Virus record (IMG/VR): IMGVR_UViG_3300032272_000032
Location: 1-42,069 of that record
Strand: one strand, 5' to 3'
DNA length: 42,069 bases
From: a virus
Lineage: Duplodnaviria; Caudoviricetes
Shown here: positions 27,116-36,144 of the stretch, piece by piece
Numbering within the stretch: the stretch's first letter is position 1
How the letters are laid out: every line of letters starts with the position of its first letter
The notes under the pieces: model-generated
Seen by the model: only the letters and a program-made list of their open reading frames with translations
What the model was told of the DNA's origin: nothing
The model's database searches: none
Translations under genes and position numbers: made by a program

Positions 27116-27577
27116 ATGGGAAGACCATCACCACGCCCGAAGCAGGACATCTTTGCCTGGGTAGGCGACGACGACGATTCCAGCACATACAAAATCGGAA
27201 CGGCTTCCGATACTGAGCTGGACATTTTGACACCTGTTGTCAAGATGGTCGCAGAGCCACAAATCGGCGGGCTCGCTGGGGCCAACGCGGCTGTCACTTT
27301 GGCAGCAGCAGCGACTGTTATCGCGGTCACCAGCAAGGTCATGACTGTCACCGGAGACGGCGGAGGCAACACTATCGGAACCATCACTGGTGGTATCGAC
27401 GGTATGACGCTTACGTTGATCTTCGTTGACACGAACGTCACGATTACTGACTTGACCACCGAAGCGGCTGACACTGTCAACCTTTCGGCGGCATTCACTG
27501 GTGCATCTGGCACCGTCCTCTCGCTTGTATACGACGGAACAAGCTGGCGAGAAGTTTCACGATCAGTCAACGGCTAA
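27116..27577 (+). CDS. Short fibre-tip-like protein, paralogous to the C-terminus of the upstream fibre
   Basis: GGAGG SD; shared TLAAA...TGD.G.NT..TITGG...DTVNLSAAFT...W.EVSRSVN. Confidence 0.75.
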   Translation: MGRPSPRPKQDIFAWVGDDDDSSTYKIGTASDTELDILTPVVKMVAEPQIGGLAGANAAVTLAAAATVIAVTSKVMTVTGDGGGNTIGTITGGIDGMTLTLIFVDTNVTITDLTTEAADTVNLSAAFTGASGTVLSLVYDGTSWREVSRSVNG

Positions 27578-27586
27578 TCGTTTCAC

Positions 27587-27616
27587 GGGCCACCTCTTCG
27601 GAGGTGGCTTTCTTTT
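27587..27616 (+). terminator. Rho-independent terminator
   Basis: GCCACCTC-TTCG-GAGGTGGC, then TTTCTTTT. Confidence 0.85.
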
Positions 27617-27626
27617 AGGGGACAGC

Positions 27627-28013
27627 ATGTCTTTCATCGTTCAAGCACCATATCCAGCCATCACAGACAACCTTCTGTTGAGAAGTCCGGAGTTCAGCAA
27701 CCAACGTAACAAAGCCCATACGATGTCAACCATTCGTACTGGGGATGGGACACTCTATACCTACATCAAAAAGAAGCGGGGCCGCGAGGTCCACCAATGG
27801 GAGTTCAAAGTATCTTACAAGAAGATGCTTGAGGTCAAAGAGTTCTTCCGAGCTTACAGTAGCTCACTAGTGAGAATGTATGACCACAACGACACAGTGT
27901 ACATCGGGTACATGACGGTCAATCCTTGGGAGGGAAGCGGTGAAGGCCGCGCCGGAGGATGGCCAGGAAACGAAGCTTACAGCTTCACACTGCAGCTTGA
28001 GGAAAAAGTCTAA
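27627..28013 (+). CDS. Distal-tail (Dit/gpM)-like protein
   Basis: AGGGG SD before ATG 27627; 128 aa; directly before the hub gene; R-T-x-DG...FF...YSFTLQLEE pattern. Confidence 0.6.
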   Translation: MSFIVQAPYPAITDNLLLRSPEFSNQRNKAHTMSTIRTGDGTLYTYIKKKRGREVHQWEFKVSYKKMLEVKEFFRAYSSSLVRMYDHNDTVYIGYMTVNPWEGSGEGRAGGWPGNEAYSFTLQLEEKV

Positions 28014-31000
28014 TGAGAGTTCTATCGTCCGCTCTGAATACCAACCTGATCTTGAAGAAGAAGGGCGTCGAGCCTGTCCGAGTGCTGGGGATCGAATGGA
28101 CCCCAGGTACGGAGACACTCTACTCTGACCGAAAGATTAACGGCCAAGAGTATCCCTTTCCAACCATGTCGGACCTGGGAGGTTTCAACACCACTCAAGT
28201 CGTCAACTCGTCCAGCTCCACCCAGAACGTATCCGTCGTCCTTAGCGACATCCAGGACGGCGATTTCAAAGGTAAGCTCAAGGACGTTGTTGACTGCAAT
28301 GACGTTCACAAGGTGAAGGCCCGCGTGTACCTTATGGTTCAGGGTGTTCAATTGTCAGATAAGACGTTGTTGTTCCAAGGCGAGATCAACTCTCCTCTTG
28401 AATGGGACGAGAGCGACCGCACACTGAGCTTCGACATCATCAGTCAGGTGGAATCCACTGAGACTGGTTTCGCAATCGAAGACGGTGACTTTCCAAACGT
28501 TCCTGAAGAACTTCGAGGCAAGCCGTGGCCGATGATCTTTGGCGACGTCTGCTGGGAGAAGACTCAACGTGTACGATCACCTCGCAAGGGGTTCTTGGTC
28601 GGTGGGCAAGGTGTGATTGATTTTACCCTTGCTCAGCGTCTGTGCCAAGCTACGTACCTACAGTGTGCTTTGAAGTACGACCCACCTCGGACAGAGGGGT
28701 CACAGCCACCGGGTGCCGACGAGTGTATCCAATTCCGAAGTAACTTCACGAAGCAAGTGGGTTGCCTTTGCCCTGGACTACCAGCGGGACAATGTGCTGA
28801 ACAAATCCCTCTCTCTGATCGGATTGACAAAGAGTGCCTGACTCGTCGCTTCAACGAGATCTGTAAGATCATCGTACGTCGCAACCAAGAGCTGGCCCTG
28901 GTCGTCAACCCAATGCAAATTCGAGGTGGAGCGGCCTTCCCACAAAACCAGATCCTCAAGATCAACATTGAAGGGGTCGTCTTCACCGGTCGATTCAGTG
29001 GGGAGAACTTCACATGGAGTGACGTGCAACACCCTCAAGCTGACGAAGTTAGAAACCCACCATGCAAGCGGTTCAACGAGGCTCGCTACGGTTGGAGAAA
29101 CCGTACGCCTAACGTCGGCTGGAACACAAAAGGTGACAACGGTCTCTCAAATGAGAACGTCACAACCCCTTCCTCAGCGGACTGTAACTCCGGCGGAGAC
29201 CCTTCTGTCGGCGTGGTCGATGGGGCTGGTGAGTCGTGGAGATACTTCGAGCTGTTCGAGGCCGCAGACTTCATCTGGCTTCGACCAGGGAGCGAAGTAT
29301 TCTTGGAAGCCGAAGCTGAAATCCTACACATTGCGAACCTGTTTGGTGGCACCATTACCGGAGTAGCCGCGTACCGCAAGTACGGCGAGCAAACTCTGTT
29401 GGTCTCTCTTCCAACCGACTACTACTCTGTTCGAGTCACCGACTACGGGGCATACAACAGCGTCTCTGAAATCGTCCTCACCAAACCCCTCAAGACTTAC
29501 AAGGACGAGGAGTGGGAAGAGGACATCTATGTCACCGCTCGGTCCAACGTCGGACCCAACCCAGCTGATTGCATCAAGTTCCTGGTCGATACTTACCTAG
29601 CGACATCCGGTATCACGATGGACCCAGTGTCTTACGCTGCAGTGCAACCCAAGCTGGAGAACTACCCAATCGGCATGATGGTCACCGACCGACCGAGTGT
29701 CTTTGATCTGATCGGTGACATCGCGTACCAATCCCGATTGGCTGCGGTTGTTCGCGACGGCGAGATGGTTCTGATTTATCTGGCTGAAGAGCCTACACCG
29801 ATTAGAACGCTTACAATGGCTGACATCCTTCCAGAGTCTGTGCGGGTTACACACGGTGATACCGAAGATCTCAAAACTAAGCATGAGATCACTTGGAAGT
29901 GTTCTGCCGCTCCTAACAATAAAGCGGACGAGGCCGAGAGAAGAATCTCTCTAAAATGGAATATTCCGCTTTACGGGACGTCAAAAGTAGTGTATGATTA
30001 CTATACGCAAAACACTTTTGAGACTGTCTTGAAGTCTGCGACTTTCTGGATGATCAGAGAAGCGACGACTTGGCAGCGTATTCACTTTGAGACACCCTTG
30101 ACTCAAATCGATCTCGATGCGTTCGACGCAGTAGCTCTGAACATTCCGCAGTTCCCAGCGAACACCACGGTGATCGTTGAGGACTCACAATACAATGCTG
30201 ACACCAACACCATCAAATTCCGATGCTGGACACCGATTCGCGCGGGGGAAAAAGTCCCTTACACGTTTGCTTGGCCTGCGGCACAGGATTCCAAGGAGCA
30301 CTTCCCTCTTACCGGGACAGACGATGGCCGAGCCGGTGACGCATTGGGATTCAACGTTACTCCGCCACTTGGCCACATTCTGGCTGGAGGATTCTCGACA
30401 ACTGACCCTGGTCAGATCTGGGCTCAAGGTGTGGTTGCGGGCAACGCTGCCGACCGTCTGGTCGTTCAGACAACTGGCGACCGGTTCCCATCAGACATTG
30501 GTGACACACTTGCCCAATGCAACTGCCCAGTCGCCAACGACCCTGACATCACGGTCCCTCTATCAGCTCCTACATTCTCTGAGTTCAAGGAGATCGCTAA
30601 CCGACAGGATGATCACTTCGAGAACAACCAATCGGGATTCGGAGGCGGGAACGCCGACGAAGACGAAGACAAGGAAGCTTGTGGTTCACCACACCCAAGC
30701 GACACGTGTACCTACGAAGTTACGGTCATCACGATCACTCCCGAAGCTGTTACGACCACGATCAACCCAGGGACAAGCTGTCCAGGTGGAGGCCCTTGTG
30801 GTTGTGGTTCTCCGGGCCGACCTTGTTATGGTCCAACGGTTTCATTCTGCCACACGTTCGGTGCCCTCTGGGCGGCTCAACAGTTCATGGAGCAGAAGAA
30901 CGCTGAAGCTACGGAGCTATGGGACAACTGCCGATACGAGTGTGGTAAATCAGACACATGGCAAGCTGGATTCCTCAAGGCCATTCCTGGCTCTGCTGGA

Positions 31001-31102
31001 TACGGTGAGTGTGAAAACGGAGGTTCCGTTGGAATCCCTGGAGACCCTGACGCACCCGGCGCGGGTGACGGCGAAATTAACGAACCGACTCCAACTGGTT
31101 AA
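28013..31102 (+). CDS. Tail-tip hub / central fibre protein, Cys-rich
   Basis: 1029 aa; LLFQGEI, GKPWPMIFG and NPADCI...L motifs typical of siphophage hub proteins; 27 Cys counted. Confidence 0.75.
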   Translation: MRVLSSALNTNLILKKKGVEPVRVLGIEWTPGTETLYSDRKINGQEYPFPTMSDLGGFNTTQVVNSSSSTQNVSVVLSDIQDGDFKGKLKDVVDCNDVHKVKARVYLMVQGVQLSDKTLLFQGEINSPLEWDESDRTLSFDIISQVESTETGFAIEDGDFPNVPEELRGKPWPMIFGDVCWEKTQRVRSPRKGFLVGGQGVIDFTLAQRLCQATYLQCALKYDPPRTEGSQPPGADECIQFRSNFTKQVGCLCPGLPAGQCAEQIPLSDRIDKECLTRRFNEICKIIVRRNQELALVVNPMQIRGGAAFPQNQILKINIEGVVFTGRFSGENFTWSDVQHPQADEVRNPPCKRFNEARYGWRNRTPNVGWNTKGDNGLSNENVTTPSSADCNSGGDPSVGVVDGAGESWRYFELFEAADFIWLRPGSEVFLEAEAEILHIANLFGGTITGVAAYRKYGEQTLLVSLPTDYYSVRVTDYGAYNSVSEIVLTKPLKTYKDEEWEEDIYVTARSNVGPNPADCIKFLVDTYLATSGITMDPVSYAAVQPKLENYPIGMMVTDRPSVFDLIGDIAYQSRLAAVVRDGEMVLIYLAEEPTPIRTLTMADILPESVRVTHGDTEDLKTKHEITWKCSAAPNNKADEAERRISLKWNIPLYGTSKVVYDYYTQNTFETVLKSATFWMIREATTWQRIHFETPLTQIDLDAFDAVALNIPQFPANTTVIVEDSQYNADTNTIKFRCWTPIRAGEKVPYTFAWPAAQDSKEHFPLTGTDDGRAGDALGFNVTPPLGHILAGGFSTTDPGQIWAQGVVAGNAADRLVVQTTGDRFPSDIGDTLAQCNCPVANDPDITVPLSAPTFSEFKEIANRQDDHFENNQSGFGGGNADEDEDKEACGSPHPSDTCTYEVTVITITPEAVTTTINPGTSCPGGGPCGCGSPGRPCYGPTVSFCHTFGALWAAQQFMEQKNAEATELWDNCRYECGKSDTWQAGFLKAIPGSAGYGECENGGSVGIPGDPDAPGAGDGEINEPTPTG

Positions 31103-31107
31103 CGTAA

Positions 31108-31740
31108 ATGACTGATCGAAAAATTGACTGCGATAAGCGGCAGAAAGAGGAGATCAAGGGCGAGGCACAACACCGGTGCCTCGAACCTAAAACTCCTGAC
31201 ACCTACCTGAAGATCGTGGACGTTCCCACATGTGAGGGTTGCCCACTGATGGCCATCAAGGCCATGCAGAAGAAGGCCGCTTGTCAAGGGGCTCCACATT
31301 GGAGCGAAGAATTACTGAGTGTGATGCCAATGGGAAGCGACCCGTATGTGATGCACTCCGAGGAAAGAAAGAAGGGGTACGCTCAGGCGTGCCCTTATCG
31401 TTGGGACGACAAGTGCAGAGTAACTGGCCACAAAATCAATCCAGAAATCTGTAAAGCTTGTGACCAAGAGACCGCTGACGAAGTGGCGAACCTTGGCTTG
31501 GTAGGTAAAGCTGCCAAGTGGGCTAACGCTGTTCGGCAGTGGGTGGTAGCCGGTAGACCCGTGCGTACAGACGAAGAGGTGAAGTACATCTTCGAAACGT
31601 TCTGCAAGGGCTGCGAGCTATTTGACCCTGAAGCACATGCGTGCAAGAAGTGTTCATGTGCTGTCAATACTGACAGCGCACCACTTACCAACAAACTGAA
31701 AATGAAAACCGAATCGTGCCCAATGCACTTGTGGAAATGA
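31108..31740 (+). CDS. Cys-rich metal-binding protein (C-terminus DUF6171-like)
   Basis: 15 Cys counted; C-terminal CKGC...CKKCSC...K...ESCP...W pattern. Confidence 0.7.
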   Translation: MTDRKIDCDKRQKEEIKGEAQHRCLEPKTPDTYLKIVDVPTCEGCPLMAIKAMQKKAACQGAPHWSEELLSVMPMGSDPYVMHSEERKKGYAQACPYRWDDKCRVTGHKINPEICKACDQETADEVANLGLVGKAAKWANAVRQWVVAGRPVRTDEEVKYIFETFCKGCELFDPEAHACKKCSCAVNTDSAPLTNKLKMKTESCPMHLWK

Positions 31741-31747
31741 GAACTAA

Positions 31748-33607
31748 ATGGATTATGGATACTGGGACAATTTGTCCACAGTTGTTACGAAGCGTACGTA
31801 CTCACGGAATGATAACGGAAAGCAGGAGGACTGGTTAGACATCGTAGAGAGGGTTCTCGGAGGCAACGTCCGAAACCACAACGTGTCTGAGGATGAGATC
31901 AACAGTTTAAGAGAAATGATGTCAGAGCGAAAGGGCCTCCCAGCTGGGCGTGGTCTTTGGTTCTCTGGCTCGCCCTCCCATGAGACTCTTGGTGGTGCGG
32001 CCCTCAACAACTGCTACTACGTGTCAGCTGACGAATGGGAAAACTTCGTGTGGGCACAAGACATGCTCATGCTCGGCGGCGGCGTTGGATTGTCGGTGGA
32101 GCAGAGATTCGTCTCGAAGCTCCCTCACATCAAAAAAGACGTGGTCATCACGTGTAAGAATACAGCGGACGCGGACTTCATTGTCCCCGATTCGCGAGAA
32201 GGGTGGAACAAGTTGTTCTACCGAGTGCTGGAAGCTTTCTTCGTTACGGGCAAAGGGTTCACTTATTCGACCATTTGCGTTCGCGGGAAAGACGAGGACA
32301 TCAAAGGGTTCGGAGGCAAGGCCAGTGGTCCTCAGCCTTTGATCGCTTTCATTGAGAAGATCTGTGCCCTCCTAGCGTCCCGTGGAGGCAAGCACGTGCG
32401 TCCTATCGACGCAATGGACATCCTGTGCTGTACTGGCGAGATGGTCGTCAGCGGCAACGTCAGACGCTCTGCGATCATCATCCTGGGCGACCCTTGGGAC
32501 CGCGAATACCTGACAGCTAAGAGATGGGACTTGAAAGAGATTCCGTCGCACCGAGCCTGTGCTAATCTGTCTGTGGTCTGTTCAGACATCGAGGATCTCC
32601 ATCCGAGCTTCTGGAAGACGTACGAGCATGGGGAGCCTTATGGCATCGTCAACCGGTTCAACATGCAGAAGTACGGTCGCATGGGCGAAGAGATGTTCGA
32701 CTCGGCGGTAGGGATGAACCCTTGCGCGGAAGCGACTCTTGAGAGTCACGAGCCTTGCAATCTGCAAGAGATCTTCATGCCGAGAATCCAAGGTCCGGAC
32801 GAGTTCGCTCGGGTGGCCCGTTTGCTTCACCGGTACGGGAAACGTGTCTGTGCTGAGAAGTACCACGATCCGAAGACCCAAGAGGTCGTTGCTCGCAACG
32901 CTCGCGTGGGAACATCGATCACGGGTTGCCTTCAGTCTCCTCTGTTCGCTCCCGAGCCATTGGACTTCGCCTACAACGCAATCCAAGAAGAGAACGTTGC
33001 TTCGTCGAAGGAATACAATCTTCCTCTGAGCATCCGGACGACTGTCGTGAAGCCCTCGGGAACCTTGTCACTCGTGGGCGATGTCTCTCCTGGCATTCAC
33101 CCTTACTACGCTGAGTGGTACATTCGTCGGGTTCGATTCTCCTCGAATGACAAACTGATTCCGATCTTGAAGGCCGCCGGCCACCCGATGGAATACGTTC
33201 AACGGTTCGATGGAACCCGAGATCCAAACACGGTCGTTGTGAACTTCTACAAGCACGCTCCTGATGGAGCACCGACTGCTAAGACGTTTGACACGTGGCA
33301 ACAGCTCGACACACTCTTGATGGCTCAGAAGCACTGGGCTGACCAAGCAGTGTCGGTAACGGTCTACTACAAGAAATCTGAGATCTCTCAGATCAAGGAC
33401 TGGCTCGCTGCCAATCTTCGAAACCTGAAGTCGATCTCCTTTCTATGTCACGATGATCACGGGTTCGCGCAAGCACCGCTCGAAGAAATCACTGAAGCTG
33501 AGTTCGTTAAGGCGTCATCCAAGATCAAGCAGATCGAAGGTGACGTCGGAGCGGGCGAGATGCTGGAAGGTCTTGAATGTGAAGGCGGGGCTTGCCCCGT
33601 CCGCTAG
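31748..33607 (+). CDS. nrdJ: Class II (adenosylcobalamin-dependent, monomeric RTPR-type) ribonucleotide reductase
   Basis: KRTYSR, PAGRGLW, LNNC, GGGVG, VRRSA, NPCAE, PCNL, KPSGT, C-terminal CEGGACPVR. Confidence 0.95.
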   Translation: MDYGYWDNLSTVVTKRTYSRNDNGKQEDWLDIVERVLGGNVRNHNVSEDEINSLREMMSERKGLPAGRGLWFSGSPSHETLGGAALNNCYYVSADEWENFVWAQDMLMLGGGVGLSVEQRFVSKLPHIKKDVVITCKNTADADFIVPDSREGWNKLFYRVLEAFFVTGKGFTYSTICVRGKDEDIKGFGGKASGPQPLIAFIEKICALLASRGGKHVRPIDAMDILCCTGEMVVSGNVRRSAIIILGDPWDREYLTAKRWDLKEIPSHRACANLSVVCSDIEDLHPSFWKTYEHGEPYGIVNRFNMQKYGRMGEEMFDSAVGMNPCAEATLESHEPCNLQEIFMPRIQGPDEFARVARLLHRYGKRVCAEKYHDPKTQEVVARNARVGTSITGCLQSPLFAPEPLDFAYNAIQEENVASSKEYNLPLSIRTTVVKPSGTLSLVGDVSPGIHPYYAEWYIRRVRFSSNDKLIPILKAAGHPMEYVQRFDGTRDPNTVVVNFYKHAPDGAPTAKTFDTWQQLDTLLMAQKHWADQAVSVTVYYKKSEISQIKDWLAANLRNLKSISFLCHDDHGFAQAPLEEITEAEFVKASSKIKQIEGDVGAGEMLEGLECEGGACPVR

Positions 33608-33670
33608 GAACATTGGATGTTTCGTTGGTCAGGAAGACCGTCTATCACTTTCCAATTTGGAGAACGCCCT

Positions 33671-33895
33671 ATGGCATCTGTATCGTACGAGAACACTACC
33701 CCTGGACATTTCAGCCCTGACGCTTCGACACCCGAAGGTCTCTACATGAATAACTTGAACCGAATGACCATTGTGTCAGGCGGGAGCGTTATCGAGGTAG
33801 GGGCCAATGGCAGCTTGGCTGTCTCGGACATCGCAACGTACTCGGGTCAAATCCGGGAGATGGTTCCGACCGATCAGTTCACTGTGACTGGCTAA
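33671..33895 (+). CDS. Small hypothetical protein
   Basis: GGAG SD before ATG 33671; 74 aa; last gene of the + block. Confidence 0.6.
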   Translation: MASVSYENTTPGHFSPDASTPEGLYMNNLNRMTIVSGGSVIEVGANGSLAVSDIATYSGQIREMVPTDQFTVTG

Positions 33896-33905
33896 GTGAA
33901 AAACC

Positions 33906-33985
33906 GGTCGCCCGTTCGAAAGTTCGGGCGGCCAACCATACAAAAAGAAAGCCGGGTTGATAAGCAACACTGCTCAACCCGGCTT
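33906..33985 (-). terminator. Two hairpins at the strand-convergence point; U-tracts read on the minus strand
   Basis: GGTCGCCCG/CGGGCGGCC (33906-33933) and AAGCCGGGTTGA/TCAACCCGGCTT (33949-33985), each preceded on + by an A-run. Confidence 0.7.
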
Positions 33986-34010
33986 GCCCGATTCAGAAAC
34001 CAAAACGCCT

Positions 34011-34550
34011 CTAAGTGTACGATAGGGTCGAGGACTCAAACGTCCCAGCGAGACGGAACACGCTGGCAGACTGAGGGTTGTTCACCTCACAGCCTTTGAG
34101 GTCCACGACGGTGTCAAGCTCATTTGAATAGCGGATGTTGAACTTGCCGACGAAGAACCCTTCAGGCACATTGCTGGTGGTTCCGTGGAGGATCGACAGT
34201 ACGAACAGGCCACCCTCATCCGCGAACTCAAGCCGCCCTCGTTCGAGAACGAGTGGGTGCTCAGTGGTTTCAATCGAGCCGTCATAGACCTGGATCGCGA
34301 TGACAGCTTCCTCACGTCGAAGCTCACACACGTTCAGTCGGTCCTTCGGAGCGTCCGAGACCATTGGTGCAAATCGACGTTTCCCACCGGGCAGCGACGA
34401 CATGAAGTCGAATTTGTTTCTGATCCAAGTACGCCCATCGCGGTCGCGATAGACGACTTGTGGTGAGAGATTCTCACAGCATTCGGCTTCGCATACCACT
34501 TGGTACTCCGTGCCTTTGTAGTGGCGGAACCACAGTCCATCTAATTTCAT
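34011..34550 (-). CDS. DUF1653-domain protein with a C-terminal extension
   Basis: FRHYKG..YQV...A..E....VVYR......W.R....F motif; ATGA overlap at 34547-34550. Confidence 0.8.
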   Translation of the reverse strand: MKLDGLWFRHYKGTEYQVVCEAECCENLSPQVVYRDRDGRTWIRNKFDFMSSLPGGKRRFAPMVSDAPKDRLNVCELRREEAVIAIQVYDGSIETTEHPLVLERGRLEFADEGGLFVLSILHGTTSNVPEGFFVGKFNIRYSNELDTVVDLKGCEVNNPQSASVFRLAGTFESSTLSYT

Positions 34551-34963
34551 GTGTAGTGTCCTCTGCAAACTAGGTTCAAGCCGTAAGGCTCTTGTTGAGC
34601 ATCGGCTTGGCCGACGCGGCTGTAATGGTCCGGTTGGACGTCTGGAATCAAGACGGTGACAATTGAGCCGTCCGGGCGGCGGAAGTCAACGACGAAGTCG
34701 AAGTCACTGATGTCGCCGGCCCGCCGCGTGAACCCTTTCAGGTCAACGACCTTCCGTTCCACAGGAGGGCTGTATTGTTGGACCCGTTCAGGCAGAAGCT
34801 CACAGAGCTTGTTGAAGCCCTCGGGAGTCAGCCGGCTCACTGAGTCCATGGCTTCACATACCTCGCGGTTGTTGTACCGGACCTCGTCGGGAACCAAGAC
34901 AATCCGACTATTGTCGGCCAGCTCCATCCCTTGCTTCTCGACGCTGTAGCGTTCACTGATCAT
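34547..34963 (-). CDS. Hypothetical protein
   Basis: Four-base overlaps with both neighbours. Confidence 0.65.
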   Translation of the reverse strand: MISERYSVEKQGMELADNSRIVLVPDEVRYNNREVCEAMDSVSRLTPEGFNKLCELLPERVQQYSPPVERKVVDLKGFTRRAGDISDFDFVVDFRRPDGSIVTVLIPDVQPDHYSRVGQADAQQEPYGLNLVCRGHYT

Positions 34964-35142
34964 TGTTCAAAACTCCCTTGTCGATTGGCGACGATCATCA
35001 TAGCGATCTCGCAAGTTATTGGTTGCTCGCGTAGATGGTCGTCCATCATCGCTCGGTCTACGTCGTAACCGTCAGGGAATCGGCCCTCAGTTTCATACGT
35101 GAGAAGCCGCTGAACTCGATCCACTATGTCACTTAACGGCAT
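34960..35142 (-). CDS. Small hypothetical protein
   Basis: GGAG SD before ATG 35142; coupled to neighbours. Confidence 0.55.
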   Translation of the reverse strand: MPLSDIVDRVQRLLTYETEGRFPDGYDVDRAMMDDHLREQPITCEIAMMIVANRQGSFEQ

Positions 35143-35602
35143 CGGTGCTCCCAAATCCGGCTTCGCCCCGGTCAGTATTCATGTCGATCTGATCGACTTG
35201 CTTGGGCTCGCCCATCCAGACGGACTGGAAGACGACCTGGATGATCGCCTTCTCGGGGCTGACCTCCATGGGCTGGTTGGTCGAGTTGTACATCACGACG
35301 CCCCAGAACCCAACGTAGTCGCTCTCAATGACTCCGGCGAACCGGTGGAAGCCTTTGAAGCCCATGCCGCTGCGGTCCCAGAAGAACGCTCCCCAACCAA
35401 AGTTGTAGGAGCAACGAAGACCGGTCTTGACCAACGAGGTCTCACCGGGTTGGATAACCTTGTAATGACACGAGTGGATGTCGAGCCCAACGGAAGCTGG
35501 TTTGCTTCGATATGGCATACGAGCGTGCTCGTCGTCCAACATGAACTTCGGTTGTGGCTGGGCGTGAATGACCGGGCCTGAGATAGGGATTCCTGAAATC
35601 AA
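35129..35602 (-). CDS. dut: Trimeric dUTPase (start uncertain; TTG 35602 overlaps the upstream stop)
   Basis: Motifs VGLDI, RSG, GVIESDYVG, IIQVVF, RGEAGFGST. Confidence 0.9.
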   Translation of the reverse strand: MISGIPISGPVIHAQPQPKFMLDDEHARMPYRSKPASVGLDIHSCHYKVIQPGETSLVKTGLRCSYNFGWGAFFWDRSGMGFKGFHRFAGVIESDYVGFWGVVMYNSTNQPMEVSPEKAIIQVVFQSVWMGEPKQVDQIDMNTDRGEAGFGSTDAVK

Positions 35603-36144
35603 GATACAAATTCCAATGTCTTTGGGGACCACTTGTTCCCGTTGATGTTGATGCCCGGTCCAACGTAGGACTCAACAGGGCCTTCGAAGACGATGATCTC
35701 ACAACCACTGTCTTTGATCCATTGCGACGACTCGTCGATGTCCGGTTGCCAATCCTGAAGATTGACTTCCGCTTGGCCGCCGCGAGTTGCCATGAAGGCT
35801 TTGCAACGCTCAAGGTGAACAACGAGGAACGGAACCTGGGCTCCGATGATCGCGAGAGCACAAGGCTTACATGTCGCCCATGGGCAGAACATGACCGCGT
35901 CCGCGCTGATCGCTTTCTCTTGGTGAGCCAGATTGATACAAGCGTCGAACTCGGCATGAGCAATTCGCTCATACTTCGCTGGCCGCTCGTCAGTCTCGGG
36001 AACACCATTGTAGAAATGGTTGAACCCCATGGACATCACGACATCATCCTGATAGATGATCGCTCCATTTTGATTGGACTGGTCAGGTGACATCTCTGCC
36101 AACCGGTACGCCTCCGTTAATTTTTCATCCAAGTCGTAATGCAC
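35599..36144 (-). CDS. dCMP deaminase family protein
   Basis: SPD...GAII...GFN, HAE, PW-x-x-CxxC zinc motifs. Confidence 0.88.
   Translation of the reverse strand: MHYDLDEKLTEAYRLAEMSPDQSNQNGAIIYQDDVVMSMGFNHFYNGVPETDERPAKYERIAHAEFDACINLAHQEKAISADAVMFCPWATCKPCALAIIGAQVPFLVVHLERCKAFMATRGGQAEVNLQDWQPDIDESSQWIKDSGCEIIVFEGPVESYVGPGININGNKWSPKTLEFVS

Noticed and set aside
20263-27577. Diversity-generating retroelement or invertible tail-fibre cassette
   Set aside because: No reverse transcriptase or invertase, no near-identical template/variable repeat with adenine-specific changes, and no flanking inverted repeats seen.
30177-31115. 312-aa ORF in the +1 frame overlapping the hub C-terminus
   Set aside because: Ser/Thr/Leu/Arg-rich with no motifs or clear SD. 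The host frame here is Gly/Cys/Pro/Asp-rich, so +1 stops are expected to be rare. Treated as a shadow ORF.
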